A DNA stretch of 64,000 bases from the human T2T-CHM13v2.0 reference genome, Homo sapiens. The translations under genes were made by a program, and so were the position numbers. The stretch lies in the NCBI RefSeq assembly GCF_009914755.1, contig NC_060947.1; one strand, given 5' to 3'. Shown here piece after piece: positions 16,831 to 31,687 of this stretch (position 1 is its first letter; every line of letters starts with the position of its first letter). The notes beneath the pieces are model-generated. The model was not told the origin of the DNA. It was given only the letters and a program-made list of their open reading frames with translations, and ran no database searches.

Positions 16831-18259
16831 CCCATATTATTTATAGCCAGGCTACACTGGCCTACACGTCATGACCTAAATATCTTAACATCAAATGTCC
16901 ACGTATTTGCTTGTCTTTTTCTTAACCCCTGGATGCACTGACACTCCTCATCTACAAATCAAACTCTTCCTCAACTTTTTAAAAAACTTCAGTCCTCTTT
17001 TAAAATGCTGAGAAATTCCATGCTACACCACTCCAACACATATCATTCATGTAACTCATTTTCTCCAAAATCAAATGAAAATACAGCCACAAGCTTGACA
17101 GAGAATCTGAGTGGGACACAGCTGAGTATGGGTGTCAGAGGGATTTAGTGTTAACCCAAGTTTTCTACAATAAATTGGCTTCAGGAATGTCAACTGTTTT
17201 CACTCTTCTCCTTAAAGGACTTTGTGCTAACAATTCTGTTACTTCTCATTGAACTTCCATGGCCTGCAGCCAATAGATAACTGAGAGTTATAAGTTAAGT
17301 AAAATGTTATTAAGCCTATTTTAATATACCCAATCCATACTTGCATTGGTCTCTATAAAGTATGAATTAATTGTGTTGCTTGGATTGCCTTTTTCTAGAT
17401 AGCTTAATCCAAGAACTTTCAAACAACATTTTGAAAAGTGGTTTTCTTAGATGCATATTGCTCTGTCATTAAGCCAATGTCCACCATTCCCTCATGTGCT
17501 ATAATTTTGAGCCAAGAATGATCTTTCCTTTATGTAGAGAAATTAAAGAGAGAATGTTCCAGATATAGCATAATAAATGTCTGACTTTCTTCTTACAAAT
17601 GATTGTCAAAATACTCTGAAAAGGAAGAGTACAGTTACAATGTCTTCATTGATTTTCCTCCTAAGACCTCTAAAATAACATTGACTAGAGACTTACCGAA
17701 AATCAAATTCTCAATTGACATAATATTCAGTTATTCATTTACTCATTCTTGTCTTTATTCATTTAGAACAATATGTATGGAAAAATTTTGAAACTGATCC
17801 AACAAGATCTACAATATTGTAATTTCTATAAGACAGTGTACCATTTATAGATTAAGGCATATACATCATGAGATACGTCACAAGACGTATCTCCTATACA
17901 AATTTCTAAAAATATGGTAAGAAGAAATAAAGGCCGTCCAACTAAGCCAAATATAATAGCTATTTCTATTTATGTATTATTTTATTTTTATTTACAAAAG
18001 AAGAGATATATACACATATGTGCAAGATAGAAGATATTTAATGGAAAAGAAACCTGTTGAGAAATCACCAGCCTTTATTTCACAAAATAATAGAATATTA
18101 AGGAACATGCATATAGAATCTATGACTAGGTAGCACTAACTAGTTAAATATTTATGTGGCTCAGAATTCTAAAAGTTTGTAGCAAGTTGTTTTTCTTAAA
18201 ACTAATGTGTTATGATAATTTTAAGTTGGCATATACAGGAAATCTGAAAATTTTTAAAT

Positions 18260-18370
18260 ACTCAAATGACTGAATACGTGCCTTGTGTTTAGTGCTGTGC
18301 TAAGCAGTGAAGGAGCTACGAGGGTATATAAAGCATGAAACTTGTCTTCAATGAGCTTAGCATCTAATTT
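18260..18370 (-). mobile_element. L2 fragment
   Basis: 'tgtgtttagtgctgtgctaagcagtg...tcttcaatgagcttagcatcta'. Confidence 0.5.
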
Positions 18371-19335
18371 GAAAGACTTCTAATGTGACTGTCCCAGATG
18401 ACCCCCTTGTGAGATGCCCTTAACTGGTCTCAGAAGGCCTCAGAGTTCTTTCCTTCAAAAGTAGTTGAAGTGAGGAAGTAGCTAAATTAATTTCTGCAAA
18501 AGGTTTCCATTAACTAGTTCTTTGGCTATATTAAAATGTTCATATTCTAATTTAATTTCGATTAGTTACTTCATAAATTTAGATTCCTTAAGGTCATACA
18601 CAAAAAGAAAATTAACATTAGTTTTCACTCTCTCCATTAAAGCTTGTACAGTTGTACAGAACCAATCTATATATAGTTCATAAAAATAAACACCACTTAC
18701 ACAAGAAAATCAGGTTACATCCACTTCTGAATCTGACAAATAACAGTTCAGTAAAATATTAACATTTATAATTCTGACCTTTCATTGTAGTTTCCTCATT
18801 GTGGCGTGTCAGAAATATATAGCTGTCAATCTTCTAATAAAATTTATCCAAATTCAGTAGCCAGTTAAGCTCAGTAATTGGTCTGTTATTTGATTATTTA
18901 TTTTCTTGGTTTAAAAAAATTATAAAGGCTACACACTAAACCAATGCAAATAAGTTGTGAGCTAATTGTCACATTTTATGTAATACCATAACAGTAGAAG
19001 AAAGATCTACAGTGACTTATGAAGGGGAAAATAAAAGGGCCAAAGGAAAAGAATATGCCAGTGATTAGCTACTTCAGCCTTTTCAAAACGTCGTTCTTCA
19101 GATTTTATTTAATGGGGAGCTAAGAAGTGTTAATGTTAAAAAGAAAAAAAAGAAAGACGAAAAAAGAAAAGGAAGGTCTTTCGTGGCAAAAGAAGCTCAT
19201 AACGTTGTAGGACTTTTCTGAGACTTTACAATGTCAATACATATGGAAAAACTATAAATGAAAAATAAAGCATTTGACTGCAGGACCCCCTACCCATCCT
19301 CTTTTCAAGCAACTATTATCAAGTACTGTTAAGGG

Positions 19336-19658
19336 TGAGGTTGGCAATCTCATTCTGTAAAGGGCCAGATATGCCTGACAGGCCTTATGGTCTTTTTCTC
19401 AACTACTCAACTCCATTGATGCAACGCAAAAGCAGCCATAGACAATATGTAAAAGAATTAGCGTGACTGTGTTCCGACAAAACTTGATTTATAAACAGTG
19501 ACATTTGAATCTTCTGTACTTTCCACATCACAATACTATTCATTTTTGACTTTTTTTAACCATTTAAATATGTAAAAAATTATTCCTGTCTCACAAAGCA
19601 TACACAAAGAGAGAGTAGGCAGAATTCAACACATAGGTCACAGGGGGGCCAACTCTTG
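19336..19658 (+). mobile_element. MER58B (hAT-Charlie)
   Basis: 'ggttggcaa...tctgtaaagggccagata...caactactcaactc...aaagcagccatagacaatatgtaaa...gccaactcttg'. Confidence 0.85.
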
Positions 19659-19869
19659 ATCTAGAGGAAACAGGAACCACATTGTTCAGACCCTGACTCT
19701 TTTTCCAGAAACATGCATTCCATATTGGAAAAGACACCTGCATTACCTCTTCCTTGTTAAGGGAAAGTGGAGTGAGGGTGAAGTAAACTCGGATGTGGCC
19801 ATGTGGTTTCCAGCCAGGTTACTCAAAACTGAAAAGATGTCTTCCATTTTCAAATGATTTGTTGCATGG

Positions 19870-20070
19870 GCTTTGGGGTGAGAAAAAATTGGATTTATAT
19901 CCGGCTTTTACTGCATACAAGGTATAAGTCTTCAAATAAATCACTTTACCAACCAGAACCTCTGCTTTCATTGCTAAAGAGTAGTACCTACAACACGAGG
20001 TTGTAGTGATAATTAAATAAGCATTGAACACAGTGCGTAGCACCACAGAGTGTTTCCCAAACAGTAGTGT
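19870..20070 (+). mobile_element. MIR
   Basis: 'ggatttatatccggct...tagtacctac...ggttgtagtgataattaaata...acagtgcgtagcac'. Confidence 0.65.
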
Positions 20071-20520
20071 CACCTTATTCTTAGTTTGTATTTATGCATA
20101 TGGTTTGTCTACTGATTATTATTTTCATGTTGAGCAAGTTACATCTGCTGCTTATTATCAAGAGTGGAAGTCTGAGCACTTCTGCCCACTTCTTCTTGGT
20201 ATTGGAGTCACTGAGGAAAGCACAAGGCAGTCAAGCACTGGTGCATAGAGAAGAAACAGAGAAAGATCAGCTTTAGTGGTGGGTGCCAGTCCCCCATGGC
20301 CAGTGGGTCCCTCTTGGCAGTTGACACAGGGCAATTGGCCTGTACACACCCCTCTTGTGTCACAGCAGAAGGACTTTACCTCCTCCCCACTGGGGTTGGC
20401 CAGTTCAAAGGAGTGAACATTGAGTCTAAAACAGATATCCCCACACAAGGTGACAAGTTTAGGACAGGCTGTGAGGATTCTTTATCTCTTGATAAGGAAG
20501 TGCTCCTGGACCAAGGTTCA

Positions 20521-20896
<376 letters not shown>

Positions 20897-21192
20897 TCAA
20901 GAATTCATATAGAGACACAGGTGTAGATATAGATATTTATTTCTACATATCAGAGGTTTATTACAACTTTGTGTGTGTGTTTACATACAGTGAGTTTTCT
21001 TTTCACTGAGTATAATTGAATATAATAAATATAAGAAATTTATTAAGAAGTGTCAGCTTAATGGAGAAAACATGAAATGGTTCTGTTTTTTGAAAAATCA
21101 CTGCTTTTAATTTTTGGCTTGCATCCATAAATGCTATCTAGGGTAAATTCCACCCTTTCTGTCACTTTCAATCCAATAGAGTTTGCAATTTC

Positions 21193-21347
21193 TTTTTTTT
21201 TTTAATTATACTTTAAGTTTTAGGGTAGATGTGCACAACGTGCAGGTTAGTTACATATGTATACATGTGCCATACTGGTGCGCTGCACCCACTAACTCGT
21301 CATCTAGCATTAGGTATATCTCCTAATGCCATCCCTCCCCCCTCCCC
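21193..21347 (-). mobile_element. Young L1PA (L1PA2/3-like) 3' end, severely 5'-truncated
   Basis: 'ttatactttaagttttaggg...ggttagttacatatgtatacatgtgcc...cccactaactcgtcatctagcattagg'; GAG rather than ACA diagnostic, so not L1HS-Ta. Confidence 0.92.
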
Positions 21348-21725
21348 TAATCTCTAATTCGATTCAAATGTAATTTCAACTTCTCTCTTTCTTGTATCTT
21401 TAGTTTGAGGTTACATATACCCCGAAGAAAGAGGAAAGAGTGGTCTGCTCTTTTACCTCACCCTTCATACCACCTTTAGGCAGGCTCAGGAATATCATCT
21501 CTCTCCCTGTTTCCTGAGTCTGACTTCTCTAGGAGGAAAAGCACAAGGAGGGACCAGTGCACCAGGATTCACCATAGGTGGACAGAAAGCATCCCTGTTC
21601 TTGCTCTGGTTTAGTCTGTTTTCATCTACTGGCGGCCTATTCTAGTGTTACAGTCTTCTCACAGTTAATGTGTGTAGTTTCTTTGGATGTTCTTCAGTCT
21701 TATTTCAGCTCCATGGTCTTATAGG

Positions 21726-21760
21726 TGAGAGAGAGAGAGAAAGAGAGAGACAGAGAGAGA
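21726..21760. repeat. (GA)n microsatellite
   Basis: directly visible. Confidence 0.9.
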
Positions 21761-22259
21761 CTCATATTTCCCTTTGACCCCTGTAAAAGTATATTGTCAG
21801 CAGTGTACCCACCAACTCTTTCTCTAGGTAGCACATCTTGTAAATTGGTGTCTGTCTGGGTCACCCCATGGAACCTGCTCCGTATCTATCCTCTGTGTTC
21901 TTTATATATAGCTATGAGAACTACTAAGGACCTGTCTCATGCTATCTTATCACTCCACATCCTTCCTCCCCTGACAATTTCTTGTCCTATTATCCTGCAG
22001 TCCTTTCTTGCCTGCCTTGTATTGGTTACTATTCTACCAATTTGTTAACCTTCGGAAATTTTCAGAAATGTGGACACTAGTTTTCATGTTCACATACATG
22101 TCAAGTTCTATCAAGAATCTCCTTAGAGAATGGAAAATAGTAGAGCCACTATAGAGAATAATATGAGGGTTCCTCAGAAGAACTAAAAATACAACTACCA
22201 TATGATCCAGAAATCCCACTGCTAGGTATATATGCAAAATAAATGAACTCAGTATATGT

Positions 22260-22477
22260 AGCCCAGGAGTTTGAGACCAGCCTGGGCGACATGGCAAGAC
22301 ACTGTTTCTACAAAAAGTACAAAAAAATTAGCCGGGCATCATGGCACACACTTGTAGTCCCATCTACTCAGGAAGCTGAGGTGGGAGGATAACTTGAGTC
22401 TTGGAGGTAGAGGCTGCAGTGAGCCAAAATCGTATCACTACTTTAGCCTGGACAACATAGTGAGACCTTGTCACAAA
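22260..22477 (+). mobile_element. AluJ fragment lacking head, poly(A) and TSD
   Basis: starts at agcccaggagtt, ends at gagaccttgtcacaaa; shares private variants with the Alu at 22916. Confidence 0.9.
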
Positions 22478-22851
22478 TCAAAAGTATATCTTCACTCCCA
22501 TGTTTATTGCAGCACTATTCACAATAAGCCAAGATATGGAATTAACCTAAGTGCCCACAAATGGATGAATGGATAAAGAAAATGTGGTACAAACACAAAA
22601 TTGAATATTATTCAGGCAGTAAAAGAAAATTCTGTCATTTTCAACAACATGGACAGAACTAGGGGACATTATGTTAAGTGAAATAAGGCAGACACAGGAA
22701 GACAAATATTGCATATTCTTACTCATATATTGAAGAGAAAAACATTGATCTCATGGAGATAGAGAATAGAATGATAATTATCAGAGGCTGGGAATAGTAG
22801 TGTGGAGGGGGAAGGAAGAAGGGATGGCTAATGGGTACAAGCACACAGTTA

Positions 22852-23220
<369 letters not shown>

Positions 23221-23999
23221 TTATTGCATATTTGAAAATAGCTAAAAGAGTGGAATTGGAATGTTCCTAACACAAAGATATGATAAATACTTTAGGTGAT
23301 GGATACCCCAATTACCATGATTTGATCATTACACATTGTAGGCCTGTATCAAAATATCACATGTATTCCGTAAATATGTACAACTATTATGTATATATAA
23401 TAATTAAAAATTTAAAAATTAAAAAGGATCCTTTGAGAACATTTATCTCACTTGTTTAGTAGCAGCAGATGGCCCTGAAGATTCTTCCGTTCTGCAAACT
23501 TTCATCTGAGGAGAGAAGTGGCAGTCTTTCCTTCTAGCAGAGACTGCCAGTCTTCATGATTAACTTTCTTGTAGCCTCCCCTTTTCTAACCACCAGGAAA
23601 AGAGAAAGTAACTGCCCTCCCTAAATGTTGAAGAAGTGAAAGGAAAACATCTAAGCATAAATTTCACATTACTCGCAAGGTCAGTGATACTGTTGACTCT
23701 TTCCCCTTACCTGTTCCAGTCTTCTATTAGAGGTGGTGAAGAGGTGGTGACGGGTAGGTAAGTGGTTGTTTTATAGGGCATAAGATGCTGATCTTTAGTG
23801 AGGCCTGAAAGTTGATATCTGATATCAATTGTTCGAAGCTATCTTTAGCCTGGACAGTAATTAGAGCCTCTTTATAAACATTTTGGATCCCAGTTGTTAA
23901 TTTAAGGGCAAAAAGAAGCAGCGTTTCAGTAACATTTTATTTTTACTTGAGACTGTCCTTTCTGTTTAATTTGCTGTTCCTTTAATAATTTCTTGTAAT

Positions 24000-24825
24000 G
24001 GATGCTTAGGCCTGATATGTGCATTTAAGGCTTAAATTTCCCTGTAAGCACAGTTTTAATATTGTCTCATGTTTTGATATACAGCATCTTTATTATTATG
24101 CAGTTCCAAATACATTCTAAATTCTATCATGATTTCTTCTTTAAATAATGTGTAATTTAAAAGTCCATTATGTAAATCTCACACATTTGAGTATTTACTT
24201 ATTTATTGCTTTATATCACTTTAAGCCAAGAGTATATTTTATATGATTTTCATTTCTTGAAAATTTGTTGAAAATTGATCTATGGAACAGCATGTGTACA
24301 GTTGTGGAAAATGCCTGTTGTTCACTTTAAAATAATATTTATTCTGACATTGTTGGGCACAGTGTTCCACACATGTCAATTACACCAAGAAGAATTTTTT
24401 CTGATAGTTATATCAGTTACTGAGAGGTGTTTAAATATTTAATTATAATTATGTATTTGTCTATATGTTCTTTAGGTCATGTTTGCTCTTTATATTTTAA
24501 GAATATGTCATTAGATGCATATACATTTAGAGTTAGTGTATGATAATTAATTTTCCTAAAGTCTATTTTCTTTTTATATAGCTACACTACCTTGCTTTTG
24601 GTTAGTATTTGTATAATTTATTTTTCACATCATTTTACTTTAAAAGTTTCTCTAGCCGTATGTTTAAAATATAACTTTTATGAGCACCACTTAGTTATAA
24701 TTTTCTTTGTTCCTTATATCCTGTCTGATGACCTTAGTTTTTAGTTGAAATATTTATTGTATTTACATTTAATGTAATTAATTATATATTTGGGATTACT
24801 CATTATTTGCTTTATACTTGCCTAA
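24000..24825 (-). mobile_element. Old L1 (L1ME-type) ORF2 5' region fragments
   Basis: 'aaatttccctgtaagcacagtttta', 'tattctgacattgttgggcacagtgttc', 'ttagatgcatatacatttag'. Confidence 0.6.
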
Positions 24826-24829
24826 ACTA

Positions 24830-24972
24830 CAGATGGTTCCTGGCTTATAATGGTTTGGCTTACAATTTTTTTTTTTTACTTTATGTTTCTGCAAAAGTGA
24901 TAAACATTTAGTATGCTCCTTGACTTATGATTGGGTTACATTCAGGTAAACCTATTGTAAGTTGAAAAGATT
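24830..24972 (+). mobile_element. MER47B/C (Tigger5-family) fragment
   Basis: TA + 'cagatggttcctggcttataatggtttggcttacaattttt' and 'atgctccttgacttatgattgggttacat...aaacctattgtaagttgaaaa'. Confidence 0.7.
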
Positions 24973-25773
24973 TTATATATATATATACACATATATATAT
25001 ATATGTAAACTATTATTTAGCATATATATAGTATAAGTTTTCTAGTTGTTCTTAGATATCCTGATAAAGCAATCATAAGTTGAAAATGTCATATATATAT
25101 ATATTTATAGCGTTTATTTAACATAGTACAAGTTTTCTACTTGTTCTTAGAGTGATTAGTTACAAATCATTAGTTCACTATTATCAGGAGGGGAATTCTT
25201 TTAATAACTATCCTGTTTTAATTGTATATATTTTTTAGTGAAGCTAATTCCCGAACACTTACTGTTTTGAAATTTATTATCTAATTTCATGTATTTATTC
25301 TTCCATGAGAACTTTAGAAAAATTTTGTCAATTTATAAAATAGAATTGCATTGCACTTATTTATTTGTTTGGAAGAGTTGACATTGTTTTATAGGAGTTT
25401 ATCAGGGTATAAATACGTGACTTGAAAATAATGAGAATTTAATAACACTCTTTTTGATTTTTATGTCATGTCTTTTTATCTTCTTCATGACATTTTAAAT
25501 AAAATTGTGGCTAATTTCTCAATTTTAACATGAAACTGACTAATGAATAGAATCTTTTTAAAGGAACACAATAAGCATGTATTTTTCTATTTCTCAGTTA
25601 TGTTTTTTAAATCAGAAATTAATGTTGGATTTTATTCATATCCTTCTATTTTTCTTTTCTTTTAACTAATATTTATTTTTTGTCTCCTAGATGCCAGGCA
25701 GCCATATATTGTAGGTATCACAATGAACAAAAGACAGTGAGACAATTTGTAAGCTTTAATGAAGCTTATAGTC

Positions 25774-26140
25774 TGTATCAGTCAAGGTCTTAGCAAAAAA
25801 CAGATGGCATACTCAAAAGTTACTACTATTCCTAGGCCTAAAGGGACAAGGGGAGGAAATACTTTCTGGAACCCGCAGTGAAAGTTCTATCTGTATGAAA
25901 GTTTTGACCACGGGAGCTATTAATAGATAGACAAATCAGCCCAGACAACTTGCAGCCTGTAAAGGAAGGAAGCAAAGGAATTAGTACTTCATTTTCTCCT
26001 TCCACCCTCAGATATCTTTCCAGTATTTTCCTTTGGCCAAATCTAGTTGGAAGCCAGAGGGTAAAGAAGCCCAAGCAAGCCAGATTCCTGGAAAATAGTA
26101 TAACATGGAAATAGAGAATCGATCTATAGCAAAAACTAAA
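25774..26140 (-). mobile_element. LTR33-like ERVL LTR (inserted in an L2 fragment at ~25665-25773)
   Basis: 'tgtatcagtcaaggtc...aaacagatggcatactcaaa' and 'ttggccaaatctagttggaagccagagggtaaag'. Confidence 0.6.
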
Positions 26141-26359
26141 GAATAAGTAGCACATAATATATGGAAACTGGCATTTAGGTAGGTAAGTTTTATATACAGT
26201 GATAAGTGATATGTTAGAGGAAATTTTGCATGGCATTACAACTTTTAGAAGGTGCATCTCTGATTTGCTAATCTGTAGTATCTCTTGGACAGTGTTGTCT
26301 ACCTGTTCCACTCTAGTCAGATCAATATGTGCATCTGTACTCATATTCAGTAACTTTAA

Positions 26360-27420
26360 AAACCATTTTATTATGCAAATTTTTGAATGCACATAAAAGT
26401 AAAGAGAACAGTAATTAGTTACGATCTATCCATCACATACATTCAACAACCATCATTACTTTGGAATCTTGAGCCTTCTATCACCCAACTACTCTTTTTA
26501 ATTTTATTTGAGAGAGGTTCATAAAAGATTACAGCATTATGTTATTTAATCAGAAAATACTTAATTATACATCTCTAACTGATATAATACTTTAAATAGA
26601 TTTTACATATCACCATGTCGTTATCATACTTAATAACATTAACTCATTATCCTAAGAAAATTAAATTCTTTAACACCATCTAATGTCATCTATACTCAAA
26701 TATCTCTCAGATCATGCAATTGATTGAGAGAGAAACCAGACCATTTGTCCTATAGACCATCCCAGATCCTGAATTTCACAGATTGTTTCCTCATGACCTC
26801 ATTTAATGTATTCCTCTTTTTCTGGTATTTCCCATAAAATTGTGTGTAGCTCTAGGGCCTTAATTGTATTTTGGTCCAATTTTAGGCAAGAATATTTAGT
26901 GAGTGGTGGTGTGTACTTTCCATTACATTACATTGGAGACACACAATGTCTGATTGTCCTACTTCCAGTAATGCAAACTGTCATTGTGGGTTCAGATGAT
27001 GCCAACCTGACCCTTCCGTCATCAAATTTCTCACCAACACTTCAACTAATGTTTTTGGAATTAATTGATTATTGTTGTCAAGGTACATTATGCCTTTAGG
27101 GGCCCCAAAATGGGGATTTTCTCATTTTATCATTCCTTTTGAATCTATCAGTTCAATAAAGAATAACTTTCCGTCCTTAATTATTAGCTTATCTTAAAAT
27201 ACACTTCATCTAGAAAGGGAAAATGAATGCTTAAGTTTTCCACGTCTTCATCAGTTTTCAGAGAAATGGGCTGATGCCTTAGCAGCTTCCAATGGTATCT
27301 AATAAGTTTTTATCATTCTGAATTTATTTATTTTTATACATGTGATGTGTTTTTGACCAGTGAAGTTATTATTGCTCAAATTATGCCATGTTCTGACCAG
27401 TGGGAGTTCACTAAGTTAAC
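26360..27420 (-). mobile_element. Old L1 (L1MC/ME) 3'UTR fragments
   Basis: 'ccatttgtcctatagaccatccca...gatttgtttcctcatg'-like and 'cccctttatttaccagttttca'-like motifs, strongly diverged. Confidence 0.5.
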
Positions 27421-28479
27421 ATCTCCATTAATATTTTACTTAACTTGAAATTGAGATCTCTCTTTGAATTATACTCACTCCCGACATCTATCCCTTTTAA
27501 AATACTATATGTTGCTACAAGACTTTGACGAAATATCACATGAACACCCTTGAATTCTCTAATCACTAGCCATATATTGGATAGTGTTCAATATTCATTC
27601 TAACTTTTCAAGATACCATCAATTGACTCTGATTCAAATCTACGTCAGACATGCCACTTAACTGAAATTTGATGTCCTATAGCTCTTCATACCTACAAAT
27701 TCTGTCTGTACTCATTGTTATGGAATTTGGAGTTCTCCATGATTTATCCCTAAACTTATTTCTATTACTACTTCACCCTACCTCATTGCTGCCCTATTTG
27801 TCTTTTTCAGCTTCTGAAAGGCTGATCCATATTGAATACTTCCTGCAAGTCTAGGTTTGTGGAAGTTTCTGAGCTAATTTGGGAAAGGCTAAAGAGAGTT
27901 GAAATCAAAACAGTAAGAGATGTATTCACATTTTTTTGTTAATTCATCTAACTCCCTTTGTTATGGCTTTAGGCTCACCAAAAGAGTACTGTCGGTTATG
28001 GGCCTTTCTAGGTAGATCTTACTTTCAAAAAGAGACTGGTCTCACCAAAGTAATTTATGGCCTATTTCTCTTTCAGCTATATGTTTTTTTCATTATAATT
28101 AAGTTCCTGGCATTTTCACTATAGGGAGCTTTCCATGCTATATCTTTTACACAGGGAAAGTCTGTAGAGAAAAAGATGCCTCATCTACAGTGCCTAGTTA
28201 TTATCATAGTCCTGTTTTTCACTGCAATTAATTATTCGTATTTCTGATCAGTCTTGTGAGCCAGCACAATGTGAATCTACCCACTCTCTGAGTGCTGACA
28301 ACTTAGATCACTGAGTCAAAAAGGCTGCAGAGTAGGTCTCAGGCCTTGGCATCATGATAATGAATGTATCTGTGTGAGACAGCCAACAGCCTTTCCCCTG
28401 GTGGCATAAGTCTTTGTGTTAGCCTGATCCTCATTTGTCTTATTTGAACTTCTACAGGCACAACTTGCAAGGCATCACA

Positions 28480-28945
28480 GATTAGATTATGCTTTGATCC
28501 AATTATTTTATTTTATAGATGAGAAAACTGAAGCCATAAGAGGAAAGGACTTGTCTGAGATTACAAAGTCATGAAAAAGTCACAATTTATTCCAAGTCTC
28601 CTGATACTCAATTGAGCATTCTTTGCCTTGTTTGATGGCTCTAGATGGATTAAAAAAGCATGTTCCTATATCATTTGGACTTCATAAATATTCATGGATT
28701 ATAAAACTCTAGTGATGCCTGAGACCTTAGAGACCATTTAGTCTATTGTATCTCAACAGGGATCTATGGACTAGATATATTAGAATGATCCCTGGAAATT
28801 TTCATTCTATGGTACTGGGATGAGGATAAAAAGCTGTATTTTTTATAAAAATAAAAACTTCCCAGGTGATTCTGCACAGTAAGACTTGGAAACCCCTCCC
28901 ATTTGATAATTTCTTACTTTTGCGGATGAATTAACAGGCCTAGGA
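28480..28945. mobile_element. MIR fragments and MER5A-like MITE
   Basis: 'ttttatagatgagaaaactgaagcc...acttgtctgagattaca'; 'ctgtattttt...cccaggtgattctgcacag...ttggaaacc'. Confidence 0.55.
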
Positions 28946-30119
28946 AGGAGAATAAATCTTTTCTTTATACAGAATTTCTTGCTTGGACTCTCGATCACAG
29001 CACAGTTGACTTTTGAGCAGTTATTTACAACTCCAGCACTATGTACTAAAAGAGATTGAAGCTGTTCAGTTTGGAAGATCTATGTTAGGGAAACAGCACC
29101 TAGGGTAAATCCTGGAGCAGATTGTGAAGTCAGTCCCAAATGTCGTTTGGGCAAAAGTGTTTTTTGCTTCTATTGCTGCAATATGCATAACTTATGCTGT
29201 GGGACATATTCAAACAGGCAGAAAGTTACAATTAGAAGGAGGCAATAACATACATTGCTATCACTGAATTTAGAGAAATAATAATTGAAGTCATCATTAA
29301 AGTCAAAGCTGGATGCATTTTGGAAGCGTAATCAGGTTCTGAAGGGCCCCAGTGCAAATTATTCACGGCTTTGGAGGTTGTTCTCAGCTACATACTACAA
29401 TTAGGAATGTAGGGTGTACTTTAATACTCATGGGTAGTTCTGGTTCTGTGACACTAACCTATTTTGGAGGCTCATACGCCTATATCAATTGTCTATGCCA
29501 GTACCTCCTCAGATGTGTATCTGTACATTATTTTTCTTAATGATACTGAACACTTTTATATGTGAGGCACAACCACAAAGCATTTTACAGTCAGATAAGG
29601 GAGTAAGACAACTTGCATAGGATTGAAATAAAACATTAGTTTACTTAGTAGTATTTGCTCAGAGGCAAGAATTATCACATTCAGTTTGCGGAAGATAATG
29701 AGAAACATTGATGGCATATGAGGTGGGCCTTGGAGAATGGGGTGAGTGGAGACAGACGAGAGAGAGAGAGAGGAATGCAAGAAAGGAGATAGAAAGAATG
29801 AATGAAAGCATTCATTCCAGGCTTCCAGGCACAGGGAACTGCATGAATAACGCTACAGATGAATGAGAGTACAAAATAGATCAGGATAACCCAGAGACTT
29901 AAACTTTGCAGACATTATTTGAAAGGACATTCCACCCTCTTAGTTTCCTTAAGAAGCTTTCAACTGAAAGCTCCTGTCTTCTGCACATTAATAAAGAGTA
30001 ATGGTTTTCATAGATTGGTGGTAAACAGAGAGCTGTAGTTGGACATCACCTGTAGACCAAATAGGGTACTAACAGAAACGTAGAACTCTGACAATTATGC
30101 TATAATTATGTGGAAGGTG

Positions 30120-30350
30120 GGACAGTAGTGTGAAGGAAAAGGGAGTAAAGGATTTAGAAACAAAAGGGTAAATTTTCAGCCTCTTCCTTGTTACTAATTA
30201 ACCATATGACCTTGGGTTTTTACTCAATGTCTTTTGCACCTCGCTTTCTTTCTTTATAAAAATAGTATGAAAATGCCTCTTCTTTCTAGGTCTATGGATT
30301 GCTGTGAGGGTCAAATAAGATAAATGCAAAATTTGGTGTTATTATTAGAA
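30120..30350 (+). mobile_element. MIR
   Basis: 'tactaattaaccatatgaccttggg...ctttctttataaaaatag...gattgctgtgagggtcaaataagata'. Confidence 0.7.
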
Positions 30351-31357
30351 GTAATAATGGTAAAATAGAATATTTCATATCATTTAAAGATTTTTTATAT
30401 ATACTGAGGAAGGAATTTTTTTCATACTGTTTCAAAACATCAATTCTGTAGTGTTATAACTAATTTTATTAAATGAATCACTGGTACAAAGATCACATTC
30501 TGATTCATAAGTCCTTTCAGGATGACTTAGAAATATTTAACTATTAATATGAGTGTGAAAATCCAGCAGACTGAATCATTAAGGAGGAAAAAGAATCAGT
30601 TTTGATGCATCAGTCAGGGTTCAGTAGCTGATCTTGTCTATCTACAGGAGCTGGACACAATGATTCTTGCATCTTTTGGATTCAAATGCATTCTTATTAT
30701 CATTTAACCCCTGAAGCTAGGTTTGGAAAGACAATATTTGTTGCTTAAGACAACTTCAAAAAACCCCATTTCTAAGTTATCACGTTGGAAGGGTTGTCAT
30801 GAGACCATCACGTTATTTTATTTGCCAAATATGTTATGAATATGTTTCCTTAGTAATGTGCTTTTAAATTTATGTTGTTGTTATTGTTTTTAGAGAAAGA
30901 AGATACTGTTCTCAATAAAATAAAGAACATGCTCAGATAACCAACTAATAAAGAGATGAAAATAGTCAATTAACATTGAGAAGCATGTTCACTCTCACTA
31001 GTAATCAAACAAATAAAACGTAAATCACTGAGCTATTGTTTCAAACTATTGAATTTGCAGACATTTAAAAGAAAAATAGCTGGGCAAATTCATAACCTCC
31101 TTTAAAAAGGGAATAGTTAAAAGAAGTATAGTAGAGTGATTAAAGTACTTTCTAAAGAATAGATGGCAGTGAGGAAATAATCACTATAAATACATGAAAA
31201 ATATCAGATATATAATTGGTGATCTGCAAGGAAACGAGGTGAAAAGTTAGTAGCATTTACTTCTGAATGGTTGTGCAACTTTTAGATTTTTAAAATCTCA
31301 GTTTCTGAATTTTCTGCAGTGATATTTACTGTTATTATCAGTAAAAATGAGAAAACA

Positions 31358-31687
<330 letters not shown>

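Noticed and set aside
21193-21347. Possible polymorphic L1HS-Ta insertion
   Set aside because: Carries the GAG (ctc on + strand) diagnostic and several substitutions, so it is an older L1PA2/3-type.
25838-26392. 184-aa minus-strand ORF
   Set aside because: Overlaps LTR33-like and L1 remnants; no recognisable domain.
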